From: Tubiluchus corallicola
Taxonomy: Eukaryota; Animalia; Priapulida
Direction of reading: 5' to 3'
DNA length: 64,000 nt
Assembly (NCBI GenBank): GCA_030141605.1
Contig: JAQGDQ010000723.1
Coordinates: forward strand, 43,612-107,611
Made by a program: the position numbers and the translations under genes. Under the pieces are notes generated by a model. The model did no database searches, was not told the DNA's origin, and saw only the letters and a program-made list of their open reading frames with translations. Shown piece by piece: positions 12,584-26,330 of the stretch; within the stretch, counting starts at the first letter, position 1; each line of letters starts with the position of its first letter.

Positions 12584-14829
12584 TCCTTTTTTATATTTTT
12601 TTAAGTTTAAGTGATATCAGCAAAATAAGCCAAACATACTGAGTGATTTGTTGTTTCCTTTAACTTGAGGGGGATGTTTAGTTCTTTTTCTTCTTAGGCA
12701 GCAAGAACAGTATTTGCAAAATATAGTTCCTCGTCGTGAGAAAAGCAAAAGTTATTTGTAAATCACAGCAGCATGCGAGTTAAGAATGCGACTTACTGAA
12801 AACTTGTGAGAACTAAGCGATTAAGCGCTAGCGTTTACGCATAAATCTGTTTAACTGTTTGAACAAAAGGTGTTTAGAAAAAAGCGTTTATGTTCACGTT
12901 CGTAAAAAGCGCCGCCTAGCAAAGCGGCCACGCGGAGTGATTAAATGCGCACAAATCTCTAAGATTTCTTTGATCTGCCTGCAAGCCAGTGAAGAGCATT
13001 ATAGAGTAACTCCATTATAATTTATTCACTTATAATCCTGGATAAATGTGGACTGGGACTTGGGGCGGATGCAGACTTAAAAGCTGCCCCCTTTTTTAGA
13101 TTTCGATCCGCCATTGGTGCTAATCTAAACATCTACAGATTCTAAACAGTCATCCACCCTTTCTTCTCTCTCGGCATTGATCCACCCTGAACAAGACCCT
13201 CTTCACATCCGCCCTCGATTGGGACAGCTGTTTGCGTGAATTACATTTCATGACGCGCTAATACATAAAGAAATAACAAATATATGTAGAACTTTTTGAA
13301 AGAGCTGGCATATTGAGGTTTGCAAGTAGAACCTGAACGGATTTAATGCACAGGTGGGCCAATTTCCACCTTCAACTTTTGTGTAATTATTTCGTCCACA
13401 ACTTTGATAACAGCAAATTGACAATCATTAGTTTGTTCAAACAACGTCAAAGTGAAACTATGTTTCAACTCAATTAAAACCGCGCGAAAAAATCTGAAGT
13501 ACAAAACGGAAAGAAAACAGAAACGATAACGAAAAAAACAAGTTTCTGTTAGAAAGACATATGAACTTAATAGGTCAGCTAAAACATACTGCGTGAAGGG
13601 GTAGTAACAGGTGAAGGGGTCGGCTGTTTCTGAGGCGGAAACAAATAAGTATAGATGGTGTGGGGTGGCTGATCCGATAACGTATGTTTGTCGCCACCCC
13701 TTCCCACTTACTTTGATTGCAGTATTTACTGATGTTGTTTTTTTTAGTTTGGGATAAAATAAATAATTTGAATTTAGATGCACACAGAACAAAATGTTGA
13801 CTAAATTACAAAAATTGTAAAGTAAGAGTTAATTTAAAGCTGCTAAACAAGCTGAAATTAGCGTCTTAGCAATGTGGAAGGTCTGCTAACAGCCAGCAAA
13901 TTATCAACGAATATTTGACAAAGGTATGAAATATTGTTTGCAAGCGTTTGTGTTGTGCTGTTGCGTTTAAATGGTTGAATGAACACGGTTTACTGTTTTA
14001 TTCACGTGTTCAATTTAGACGCTACAAACATACAGAAAAAGAAGTTGCAAGGGAAAATATATATGAAATTGCATGAAAAACTGGTGATTTTTTTAAGCAC
14101 AGATCATAGGATGTAATGACAATGTTTACCAAAAAGTACAATAAATTCAAAACTTACATGTCACCAAAAACACTGGAAAAATCGCTAAGACGAACGAGAC
14201 TTAATTTGTAAACAGCTGGTGCTGCCCCCTATCAGATACGCTGAGAGATAATTACAGAACGTTTAACCCCAGCGATTTTGTGCATTTTGACCTGCATGTC
14301 AGACCCAAATCATCGCTTTTCTTACATTGTTCGTCCCGCTAGAGGGCCTTACGGTAGAGGGCCGTAAGCGCTGCATAACGACACTCAAGAAAAGTGAAGA
14401 AAGAAACAACGAAACTAAAACTTAGAAATTAAAAGAGGCGACTGAGGAGAACAACGACAAAACAAAAACCTGATGACAATGCTTCAAATCTGACAGGACC
14501 AACGACACTCAGCAGGCAGACAGAAGTGCATCCAACGATGTCACGTGTTCGTTTTTTCTACAGGAAACCACTCCTCAACCAATCGCAGGTAATGTTATGG
14601 GCTTCCTAGTTTAAAGTGGGGTCATAACATTACCTGTAGGTTGTCTATGAATAAATGTAATGCACATTCACCTGTTCAGCTCAATATTTTATAATGCAGG
14701 CGCTTCCAACAGACTTCAAAAACAGTATAATTTCGATAAATATGGTACAAAGGAAAATAAAAGCCAATTTTAATGTCCCAGAAAACGTTCCGTACAAAGT
14801 TATATTACTTTACCTGTATTGCATTATGC

Positions 14830-15225
14830 TTACCTGTTTGAAATACTTACGTAACTAGAAAAGAAGATTCTGAGTAAAAGTTACTGTTTCACCTTTCCAA
14901 TGTACACAATAGATGCTAACCAAAACACATTTTTAATCTCATAGAAAAGATAAAGTAATTTAAATTTTTGCTTAGTTAGTTAAGAATATGACACCGAATG
15001 CTCTGATTATTTTTCAAACTTTATGCAATGTTATTTAAACTTGTTTCAAATGATTTATCGTTAAAATGGCAGTGTCTAACAGTCATCGCGAGAGTTTAAA
15101 TTTACAAGTTTCATACAGCGTTGTTGCCAATACAAGCCCTGTGCGCAATAAGGCAGCGTGAAGGTGATGCAAATTTCGAGACGATATTTTTAGGCTTTAT
15201 GCAAGTAAAGGGTTTTCTTAAGCAT
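14830..15225 (+). repeat. Diverged direct repeat upstream of gsc exon 3 (partner at ~16485-16880)
   Basis: Collinear shared blocks TAACTAGAAAAGAA, CGAATGCTCTGATTATTTTT, AAACTTGTTTCAAA, ACAAGCCCTGT. Confidence 0.8.
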
Positions 15226-15299
15226 TATAAGGATTGAAATACATAATACATAATGCATAATACATAAAATACATAATATGGTGAATATATTATTGGCAG

Positions 15300-15596
15300 G
15301 TTTGGTTCAAAAACAGAAGAGCCAAATGGAGGAAGCAGAAACGTGAAGATGCCGATCGGGCTCGTCGGCTACTGGCAGAGAAAACTCGGACAGAAGGCGC
15401 CGCCCTGGTGGAGCAACGACGAACAGCAGTAGAAGTTGGTCAGATTGAGCCTCGGGCTTCGTCCATACCCGCACTGTTACAAGAACGTGATGACGCAAGC
15501 ACAGATTACGTCAGAGCAGATATTAGGCAAACTTTCACAGAACCTGAGCATTCAAAAGAACTAAATCTTCTTATACAGCGTGCACGAAAAACTTGA
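15300..15596 (+). CDS. gsc: Goosecoid coding exon 3 (helix 3 with K50, C-terminus)
   Basis: CAG acceptor, then VWFKNRRAKWRKQKRE (Lys50), open to TGA at 15596. The spliced CDS is 741 nt, i.e. 246 aa plus stop. Confidence 0.96.
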   Translation, partial: VWFKNRRAKWRKQKREDADRARRLLAEKTRTEGAALVEQRRTAVEVGQIEPRASSIPALLQERDDASTDYVRADIRQTFTEPEHSKELNLLIQRARKT

Positions 15597-16484
15597 ATTA
15601 CTCTACCAGTATGAGGATAAAATGTATTTATTTGTGTATAATGTAGTGTAGTGACTGTATTATAAGAATAATTAATTTATCTTTTTTTGGAATTTGTAGT
15701 GTACATAATAGTATCAGTGTTTTGTGTAAATCAGGTTATGTACTGCGTATAGTAGCTTTATCATGTAGTGTTTAGAATGGTATTCTATCCGAGAAACTCG
15801 ATAAAGTTAAAATATTCGAGAAATTTAACCTTATTTATTTTGCTTTGTTATTTTGTGTTTGTCTAAAACACAAAAGTTCTCATGACAGCAGCTTAAAAAT
15901 ATTTTTCTTGGCCACACATTACAAAGATTAAAGTTCGACTAACGACATTACAGAAAATTAATACTGTTGGACAACTGCTATTTGTACCTTCGTACATTTT
16001 CCCACAGAAACTTGTGTGTCACAAAACTAATTTAAAAACAAGTTAACAGAGATTTGATCAAAAAACATTTCGCGACTGAGAAAATAAAGAGAAAAAACTC
16101 ATTTAAGCAAAGTATTTTTAATTTATATATATACATACATACATACATTATATATATATATATACAACATACGCACATGCAAGTGTAATAATGTGTCCAT
16201 TATAACATTGCACCATCTTCAAGCTTCAGTCTTAAAGGACAAGAAAGGGGTACCTGAACTTCGTTTCAGAAAAATCGCCTTAAAAAATTACACTACCTTG
16301 CAGTAATTTTATGCTTGTTGAAAGGAATTTTTGTTTGTTTCATTTTAAATCTCCCGCAATACTGTTCCGAAGTCGCCACTACATGACGTCACCTACGCAA
16401 ACGTAAATCAGGGGAAGAAACTGCAATTTTAAATTATGTACCAAAAAACTTTCCGTGCAAATCTATATTACTTAGCATCTCGCT

Positions 16485-16880
16485 TACCTGCTGGAAAGAC
16501 TTATGTAACTAGAAAAGAAAATTATTAATTATTTAAATGTTTTCACCAATTGGTAAAATGTCGCTGACTCACCCTCCATGGTGCACCACTCACTAAGCAA
16601 AAACTTATTTTTAATCTTATTGACAAGATACAGTAATTAAAAATTTTATTTAGTTAGTGACGTGGATGCTACGAATGCTCTGATTATTTTTTCTAACGTT
16701 ATCTAAACTTGTTTCAAACGACCTACCGTCAAAATGGTTGCGCCTAAAGGTTATTGCGGGAGTTTAAATGTTTATACAGCGTTTCTGCCGTCACAAGCCC
16801 TGTATGCAAAAAGGTAGTATTTAAGTGATATAAAATTTCAAGACGAATTTTTAAAGCTTTATGTACGTGGAGGATTTTCT
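16485..16880 (+). repeat. Diverged direct repeat downstream of gsc exon 3
   Basis: Partner of 14830-15225. Confidence 0.8.
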
Positions 16881-19139
16881 TGTGCTTTAAGTGTCTGCGT
16901 TTTTAAATTACTTCATTAAGTAGCGTTTACGTAACATCCACATGCGTTTTGTGGGGAGTTCCGAATAGATCATATCGGCTTGTATTGTTTTCAATGCACC
17001 CGTTTCTGCAGCAAGTGTATGCGGTATTGTTTTTCTGCAGATGGAAACGCATACGCATCCGCATGCTACGTAAACGCCACTTAATGCTTTTATCAATAAC
17101 TAAATACTGCTTATGCCTTATGGTGTATTGCCCATGAAAACAACTGGAACTCAAGACCTGATGCACCAGTGAAGTGTTTTCATTATTTCACTCACAACTG
17201 CTTAAATAAGTAAACATGCGAAAACTGCTTGTAGCGTGTCAAGTATAAAAACGACACCGTTAAATGTACATTATTGATGCACTGGGTCCTCGGTTATGTA
17301 CTGTCTGTACATAACAACACGTACTCACTTTTCATTGTGATGCATCATTAAACCTACCCATGTAATATTTTACCAAAAAACTAAAATTTTTATCCATAAA
17401 AACTGAACAGAAGAAAATTAGAGAGTCAGCTTTTCTGCAAGCATTTAATCAGCTAAATTTGTTTACACATTTATAATAGACTACAAAACTATCAGTTCCG
17501 TTATTAATATCATCACCATTGTTATTATCATTTACTTTCGTTCAACGTGAGATGTACATGAATGTGGTCACTATAAGAAAGCAATTCATTAACAGATAAG
17601 ATAAATAAGGAAACACGGGTTACTAACTAAATGATTTAGTAACTTCAGACATAGGCTTAAAACATAAAATAGAAAGTTAGAATAATTTTTATGTGTAAAA
17701 GTCACACCCAAACAAAGCCACCCCACACCCCTAAAGCCCTACAGTAAAAAGGGGTGCAGATATGAGTACATGTACAGAAAAATAAAATGCATATAACCAG
17801 TTCGCTATGTCTGTTGATTTCTTCCTAAATTGAATGAGTGTAGTTTTCGGCAAAACAATTTTCAGGTAAATAATTCCACAGATAAGAAATTTGAGAAAGA
17901 ACTTCGCCCAGGGTAAGCCTACAAACAAGAGGGAGCAGAAAAACGAACATTAGGACCAAACTATTGGCATTTAACGTAATCTGTAAAAAGTCCTTTCAAA
18001 GCTAAAGCAACTAATCTTCAACGGGAAAGTGACTGCAGGGCTGACCTCAAATCAGACCCGACCCAACTGATTATATGATTTTGCAAAGATCAAGAAGATG
18101 AGCCTCATACAGAACCAGTAAGCTTGTTAACTATACGATGCAGCTTTGTAATTAATTTGTCTTGATTTCAGTGGCTGACCTTCAACCGTGTTACCGCTAC
18201 AGTAACTATCAGTTTGGCGTCCATAGAAACGCCTAATCTTTGCAAATGGTTGGAGGCCTTGTGGCAGGTCAAGCCTCTTATTACAAAGGAACATTTTCTA
18301 AGGCAAGATGTATATATATATATTCCTTTAATGATAACCATGGGAACAGGGAGCACGACTGACGATAAGAGTCAAAACAAATACTAATCTCGACAATTAC
18401 CCATCCATTTACTGATAAGGCCCAGTGTCACTTAACTTCTGACACCAAGACGACACAGTAACCATTAAGCCATTTACCCATTGAAAATCAACCCATTTTT
18501 AGAAGCTGTGTGAATAAAATAGATACATCTACAACAATTTTGAATCATATCATACCACACTACATTCACATACCACGAAAAAGCCGCAAAATGACATTTA
18601 TTATTGATCGAAACAAGAAACCTGCGTTCAATTATTACAGAAGCTGGAAAAAACAAGATCTTATTGACTCCAAAATTTCTTTTATTTGCTTCTTACTTAC
18701 AATTTCTGTAAAACGTCTACAAAAACGCCATTTTTTCGATGAAAATACATGTAACAATGAAACTTTGACCACACAACAGTCACTCTGCTGATAACATTGC
18801 ACAAAACAACCACTCGTCCTAATACCCACAGTTTATCAACAAAGAGGATTACATGCTAATGCAACTGTGGGAGCCAGCAAACAAGAGTTTAATACGCTAA
18901 AATGTCACACACAATATGCTAAATCCGACTCACTTAATTGGATTTAGTGGCAGGAGGCGGATCCAGAACACACGGTGTGCAATGAACTTGTATTTAGAAA
19001 CAAGAGGTGGATCAAAATTTGGAGGGGCGTTAAACTAGTATTTTGCAAACAAATGGTGGATCCAAAAAGAAGGGGTACACAAAATGGTATTTAGTGGCAA
19101 GAAAAATGGTTCCATTGAAAGGGCGTAGCAAAAGAGATT

Positions 19140-19360
19140 GTGCTCTATGAAGCCTACGCACTGAGGGCGCACAAGAACAAGAGACCTAATCAGTCGTTGG
19201 GCCAGCTTTCTTGACCTAGTAGATGTCCAGACACCTTAAGTAAATTGGCCAGCAAAATCCTGCTTAAGTAGTGAATGTGGTGCCTTGAAAAGCAATGACA
19301 CGAGCGGGATTCGAACCCAGGTGGACAGCCAAGTGCTGTAACCACTCAGTTACAGTGCCT
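19140..19360 (-). mobile_element. tRNA-derived SINE (degenerate)
   Basis: Minus strand has A-box TAACTGAGTGG and B-box GGTTCGAATCC at ~19355-19308. The extent of the body is approximate. Confidence 0.6.
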
Positions 19361-21479
19361 TCCAAATATCATTCTTGAAAGTGGCAGGTGGATCCATAAT
19401 GCAAATGGCAGCTATAAATTAATACTTATTAGAAGGTGGATCCTGAATGAAAAGATCAATAATTTAGGAATCTGTGAAAAGAAGTGGAAACAGAACAAAG
19501 AGAGGATGAAAAGTTTACCATTTACAGGAAAATGGCGGCTCCAAAACAAGGCAAAAAAAACGGCACTAAAAATCAGAAACAGTGAATGTAACAACTAAGT
19601 GGCTACAATAAGAGCTTAGCAGTTTAGCAACGCGCATTTGGTAATTGGACGGGTAGCCTGCTTTAGGAGTGTTTTCACTTACCATGCTGTCTTTGGTCAC
19701 TTACGTTTTTACACAGGATTTATAAAAATCTGACCATAGCTAAGATACCTCCTTTATAAACAGCTAGGGATGATCGAAGTTGATCAGTCAATGGTTTAAG
19801 ACACCTAGGTTCAATTTTTGTGCCGACTGGTTTCATTCACCATACCTATTATGACTGTTCACCTCACAAATGGGTGGATATAGCGTGTATACCATCCGAA
19901 TCTAAACAAATTACTTTGGCTGGTTTGGTGCTTCATGTGCACAAGTCGTCCTTGCCATAAAATAGTCTCGCCACAAACATTAACAAATGAATAAGCTCTG
20001 GTACTGAAGTACTGGCTTCCCTAAGTGTATCTAAAAATGTATGAAAAAATCGTCTACTAATTAGGCCACTATTCAGTGTTGGGTCAAGGCCTGCAGTTGC
20101 CAAACTATTTAAAAAACTGGCACCACTAGAATGGGAAGAAGGCATAACCTGGTGTAAACAAATAAACAAAAGATCACGTTTTTGCTAATCATGTAATTAT
20201 GCAAGATAGTATTAGTTTTACTTCCATAAAATCACAAATTATTTCTTTTATCTAGTCCACTACAACAAACTAAAATGAACAAAAATAAGATTTGATTAGC
20301 GTAGACATAAATAAAAGAAATAAAGGATTAGGCATTCATGCAGGAAATGGTTTGCCAGCTCAGTAAATACCTGCCCCACCTAGACATGCCACACACACAA
20401 GATCAGCGTTGGTAAAAGCATTAGTGCTGTGACTAAAGGCTAAGAAATGCGTTCAAAGCACAAATTATCATATTACTCAAAAGATTTGAAAAACCAGAAT
20501 AAGTAATTAAGCAGGGAAAGAGGATTATTCACCACAGAAAAAATTAAAGATTGTAAAACAAAAAAAATTTAATTGTATTCAAAATTAATAATAAGCAACA
20601 TTAGTACTACTTTTCGTTGACAATGATTGTTTATTAACGAAGAAATAATATAATTTCACAGACGTAATCAATTGGAATAGAAATAATATTTTTACAAAGT
20701 TTATAAAATTACATTACAAAACACAGCAACATGGGAAAGATATTCTAGGAAAATTTCAGTTTGAAATAATATCAAAGCAAGAGTACATATTTGAAAAAAT
20801 GAAGCAAACAAATTGTTTTCTCATCATTTATCTGAATCCAACAGTTATAAATTTAGAATATATTTTAATTGCTTTTAGCATAACTACAAAAATATATACA
20901 TGTTAGTCAAACTACATAAATTAGCAAACTTGAATTTCATTGCATTGTTATAAAAATAGCAAATTATCAATTATCTTCATGGTTAGTTAATTGCACGCGC
21001 TTATTTCTTCACTATTTTTCAAATCTATTAAGCAAAAATTGTAGTACAGTAGACAGAAAATTTATTAAATGAGTGTACAATTTATACTATTAATATAATT
21101 AATGCAAAATGACGAAACGGTTACGTAAAAAAACAAATCAAAAATTAAATACGAAGTTGAAAAAACTAGCACATCAATTGACTGTAAATTTAGATAACAA
21201 ATATGATACTATAATAAATAACTATTTGTGTAATGATAGTTAATGTTAATGATATGTTTACAATGATCCTTAGACCTCATAAACATGTAACTTCATTTTA
21301 TGTTACAAACATCACAAAAAAGTACTGTCATGAAAAAATGGGCATCAGCAGAATTATGTCACCTTTTGTATCTACTTCAAAATCAATTTCCTAACCTGAG
21401 CACTAATAGACCTGGTAAGTGCTTGGATGGGTAAGTGGTGAAAAAACTGACAAAGGATGGGGTAAGAACATTAACGGTA

Positions 21480-22112
21480 ATGATATGCACCGATGCAAAA
21501 AATGTGTTTTATCATGATCGTATCGATATCATTCTAGGGTTTTCGTTATTGCATCGAATTTGGCACGTATCGTTGCTTATCGCTTACTTTGAAAAAAGTC
21601 GCTTCACTTTTCTATTTATTTACAGTAATAAAGCAAAAATGAATAAAAAAATTATATAAAATTATAAGCTTGTTAGTCAGACACCAAATCATTTTCCTGT
21701 AACTTTCGCCTGGCAATAACAGCTATTTTCAATCTAAATCATACCAACAAAGTATAGAGACCCTTTTTACACATTGATACCGACATGAGGATGTTAAATA
21801 CACTGTGCCGTATTTTTAGTGTCACTTTCATGCATAAATATTTTTAACGCAATAATATGTTTATTTATCGCAGTTTAGTTATTTATGAATCACTATGACA
21901 AACAAAGTTGTGTTCCATAACTAGCAGCCACTTAAGTATACAGCACTTAATTTTAATTATTAACGATACTTTTTCTATTGTTGTATCAAATGTCTAACTT
22001 TACAATCGATTTTATCGTGTGAAATGATTTATCGTATAGAATCGTATCATCTAAAAAATAGGTTACCGTGATCGTATCGGTGGCAAAAACTATTATATCG
22101 TATCGTTATCAT
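21480..22112. mobile_element. Probable hAT-type MITE remnant with TATCG subterminal repeats
   Basis: Clusters of TATCG/CGATA at both ends (21510-21585 and 22005-22110). Exact termini and TSD not resolved. Confidence 0.4.
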
Positions 22113-22256
22113 AATGAGAAATTTGTGTTACTTATCATTCCTAGGTTGGCGAAGCCTTTATTATTACATTCCTCTAGCCATTTTGTAATTAATAAAAACC
22201 TGTTTCGTAAATATTTAGAGAAAAAAGTAACCCATGTACTAAGCAGCTTCGGTTCT

Positions 22257-23193
22257 AGTGGCAGGCACGTCACGACCACCCAATCAGAAGCCAGTGGCAG
22301 GCACGTCACGACCACCCAATTAGAAGCCAACGGCAGGCACGTCACGACCACCCAATTAGAAGCCAACGGCAGGCACGTCACGACCACCCAATCAGAAGCC
22401 AACGGCAGGCACGTCACGACCACCCAATCAGAAGCCAGTCGCAGGCACGTCACGACCACCCAATTACAAGACAGTGGCAGGCACGTCACGACCACCCAAT
22501 CAGAAGCCAGTGGCAGGCACGTCACGACCACCAAATCAGAAGCCAGTGGCAGGCACGTCACGACCACCCAATTAGAAGCCAATGGCAGGCACGCCACGAC
22601 CACCCAATTAGAAGCCAACGGCAGGCACGTCACGACCACCCAATCAGAAGCCAGTGGCAGGCACGTCACGACCACCCAATTAGAAGCCAGTGGCAGGCAC
22701 GTCACGACCACCCAATTAGAAGCCAATGATTAAAAGCCAATGGCTGGCACCTCACGACCACCCAATTAGAAGCCAGTGGCAGGCACGTCACGACCACCCA
22801 ATCAGAAGCCAGTGGCAGGCACGTCACGACCACCCAATTAGAAGCCAATGGCAGGCACGTCATGGCCACCCAATTAGAAGCCAATGGCAGGCACGCCACG
22901 ACCACCCAATTAGAAGCCAACGGCAGGCACGTCACGACCACCCAATCAGAAGCCAGTGGCAGGCACGTCACAACCACCCAATTAGAAGCCAGTGGCAGGC
23001 ACGTCACGACCACCCAATTAGAAGCCAATGATTAAAAGCCAATGGCTGGCACCTCACGACCACCCAATTAGAAGCCAGTGGCAGGCACGTCACGACCACC
23101 CAATCAGAAGCAGTGGCAGGCACGTCACGACCACCCAATTAGAAGCCAATGGCAGGCACGTCATGGCCACCCAATTAGAAGCCAACAGCAGGC
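22257..23193. repeat. 36-bp minisatellite (~26 units) GGCAGGCACGTCACGACCACCCAAT[CT]AGAAGCCA[GA][TC]
   Basis: Directly visible. It explains the repetitive 12-aa ORFs on both strands. Confidence 0.98.
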
Positions 23194-23542
23194 ATTTACG
23201 TTTTTCACAAAGTAAGAAAAACACTGAATCATTTGATTAAAATTATACAGAAACCTGACGATAGCTGAGCGAGCTACAGTTATAAGTGTCATTCTGAGTG
23301 TTTTTTGTTACTCAAAATGATTAAAACATGTACACCCTGCAAATGCTAAGTGTCTTGAAAAACTTTGTCAAATGCAAAGAAATCTATTTTTAGTTCCCTG
23401 CTTTCACATTCCTATTATTCACAAGTGACAATAATATTTACAAAAATAACCAGTAACAACATTGCAAACAAATCCACGCAATTGTACAAAGCTAACAGCT
23501 ACAAACTTGGTAGTGTTCATCATCTGTCTGAGCAAAAATCGG

Positions 23543-23591
23543 TCAGGAACAGTTCAGACAAAACACTCTGTCCTCCTCGGCTTGTGAATAA
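23543..23591 (-). CDS. SIVA1: Apoptosis regulatory protein Siva, last coding exon
   Basis: TTTCAG acceptor; the phase-2 join gives N-YSQAEEDRVFCLNCS*, supplying the final CxxC. Confidence 0.85.
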
Positions 23592-24839
23592 CTGAAATTC
23601 AACATACATTTTGGTAAAACAATAGCAGTATTACTGTAAAACAATGTTGTAAATCAGTTAGTTAATCAGCTAATGGGTCACTGAGTCAGCCAATCAATTT
23701 TCAGTGGCATAGATAAAGCTTCCTCCCATGAAAAATGCAACGTAGCAACATGCTTGTGATTTTAGATTTGTAAAAAAGTTGTCGAGATAAACTGATAAAA
23801 TAATAAGTCAGTATTGAAATAAATTTATTGTTTGTGAAGAAATAACTTTTCTTACCTGCCTTCTTAAATGCACAATAGGCCCAGCTAGAAGCTTCTTCAA
23901 ATGTTAACACAGGAAAAACATTCTTACAAATGTACTTCACAGTTAACTCAATGAAACAAGGAAAACGAAAACTATGTAAAAATTATGAATATAGTAAAGG
24001 ACTGATTATCATCTTAGGTTCAATTTCAAACTTTCATCAAAGAGGGAGCTATCGTCAAACTTTCAGCAGTAAGCGCTATAAGCAGTGTTTTCGTGAAAAA
24101 TTAAATTATGTCAGATATTTTGCCTTTTGTTAAGAAAAATACACAAATGAACAATGTTTGTTAAAATGTTAAGAAAGTCACACACTAGTATCTGCTAACT
24201 TGAAAAATTTCTAAAGTAATAAATATGCAAATGTCGTAATGCCTACAACAATTATCGACCCGCAAATTAGACAAAAATATTTGCTTATGATACACACAGT
24301 ATGTCTTGTGACACCTTTCTACTGTTCCAAAAGGATTAACTTTTTCAGTACACTTAAACTATCTATTCCAACACTCCACTGTTTGACGTTAATGTCAAAA
24401 ATTCACAGAACTAATAAATTATACTAAAAATAAATAAAAAATCAAAATAAATGTAGTGCCATTACTTCGAAACTACTACATGTAAGTGCAAGTTGAAGTT
24501 GTGAAAATACAAAATTATCCATTTTTTACATTCTGACAGAAATGTCTGAATAAATGACATCAGTGTCACCTAGTGAAAAAAATAGTTAACAAATTACTGA
24601 ACATTTTTTCTTCTTAGTTATTAAACTAATATCCCTTCCTCTGAAATATTAATTGGAAATACTTTAAGTAAATCAGATCTAGTAAGCGGCTTTGGGTGCT
24701 TTTCAGAAATTATTTTTAGCCTTTTATCTTTTAGTTTAAACTGGTGGATTCTGTGGTCTTTGGCTTTTTATATATAAATATATATAAACTCATATACACT
24801 CATATATAACCTCTGAATTACCTAAAACTTTAAACTTAC

Positions 24840-25008
24840 TTAATCAGTGAGCAAGAATGGCAATAATATGAATCACATTGGAAACACCGCCTTCCACACA
24901 TCCCACACAGAGCTGAATCACAGAAGTTACACTCGAGGACAGATAATGAAGCCTTGCAATTTGTACACAATGGCTTCACAGAGGTTGGCCTGCTCTGGAC
25001 ACTTTTTT
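24840..25008 (-). CDS. SIVA1: Siva coding exon 3 (Cys-rich zinc-finger region)
   Basis: CTNC...CNFCDSALCGMCGRRCFQCDSYYCHSCSLI, with TTTTGCAG acceptor and GTAAGT donor in compatible phases. Confidence 0.9.
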
Positions 25009-25587
25009 CTGCAAAATAGACAGTAACAAATACAGTACAATTAAGCTTAAGCACATTTATTTAAAAAAAATTATGCAGTGCAAAGTAAGCAGAATAACAC
25101 TAATAACACAATCAAACACAGGGCGTCACATTAAAAACGTGCCTCTACTTTACTAGGCCTACAACTTTTGAACGTCTTGATCTGTTTTAAAACAAAAAGG
25201 TAAGCCCTGGATCACAAAAAATAACTATCCACAACAATTTACGTAAATAATTTTGGGAACTAAAAATGCTCGCCACTCACAGCAAGCATAACATTTTGCA
25301 AAAAATAAAATTTCTTCCATCCTCACTTGTTCCAACAAATTACAATAAAACAAAAGGTCACAATGTCATAGCTGTATCACATCTGAATGTAACTAAGATT
25401 TTTTTTGAAGATGACTTAAGCTCGAATCCTACCACAGTCATAATAAGTAGGCGGGGAGTACTTGCAATTTTTATAGCACTGTAACTAGTGGTAACATAGC
25501 ATTGTGTTTTCGTATAGCTGCAAAACAGTCAGCAAAGTCGGGAAAATAATAATGTCATGACTAAAATAAAGTAAGAGTTCAAAATAC

Positions 25588-25758
25588 CAGCTTGCGAAAA
25601 GGGTTTAAGTTGACCTGTATGATCGATACTCAGCTGACCAGGTAAAACCGAAGAAAATCGTTGTTCATCCATTGGACAGGCAACACGTAAGGCTGAAAAG
25701 TCATCATATGTTTGGCAAGTGTGTTTAGGCGCAGAATATAACAGATTTCTCGTTTTTT
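25588..25758 (-). CDS. SIVA1: Siva coding exon 2
   Basis: EKTRNLLYSA...GQLSIDHTGQL resembles Siva EKTKRLLF...GQ..I...G.L. AG/GT borders, phase 1-1. Confidence 0.85.
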
Positions 25759-26212
25759 CTGTAAAATGTACAACATATACCGCTGCATTAAAAACATCTA
25801 AATAGATCTGACTTTTTACAATGCAAATACAGCAGAAGATAATAGTAATGAAAAAAATAGTTAATAACTTATTTGAAATAAGCTGCATAGTTTCATATAT
25901 TTCTGTCTTTAAAAGTGATTTGAAGCTCCAAAAATGATTGCACTTACAAATGTGCACACTGCAAAGAGATTCGGGTGCAACTGTGCCAAATTGTTAGTAA
26001 CTAATTATTTTAAATTTTAGACTCACATTATAAGATAAGCAGTTTTTGCTTAGTATGCACATATACCACATTAACTGTTCAATCCAACCTCACTATATAT
26101 GCATAGTTTCATTCTCTGTAACTAAGGGTACACATGCTTCATGTTCCACAGAGTGTAAAATATCCTAACTGTGCACATGCTTCATGTTCTGCAAAGTATA
26201 ACACATACTCAC

Positions 26213-26330
26213 CATACACATGCTTCATGTTTTGCACATGAAGGACACCTTTATCAACTTCTTTCTGCCTGACATGAACTTTCCTCTGAAGTTGCTCATA
26301 ATCACAAAAAGGATTAGGCCTTTTTGGCAT
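26213..26330 (-). CDS. SIVA1: Siva coding exon 1
   Basis: MPKRPNPFCDYEQLQRKVHVRQKEVDKGV matches the Siva N-terminal pattern (MPKRxxPF...LQxKVxV). GTGAGT donor. The spliced CDS is 507 nt, i.e. 168 aa plus stop. Confidence 0.92.

Noticed and set aside
22068-23240. Repetitive 12-aa proteins / CRISPR-like array
   Set aside because: Head-to-tail 36-bp satellite with no unique spacers, in a eukaryotic context with no cas genes. The frame is broken by variant units.
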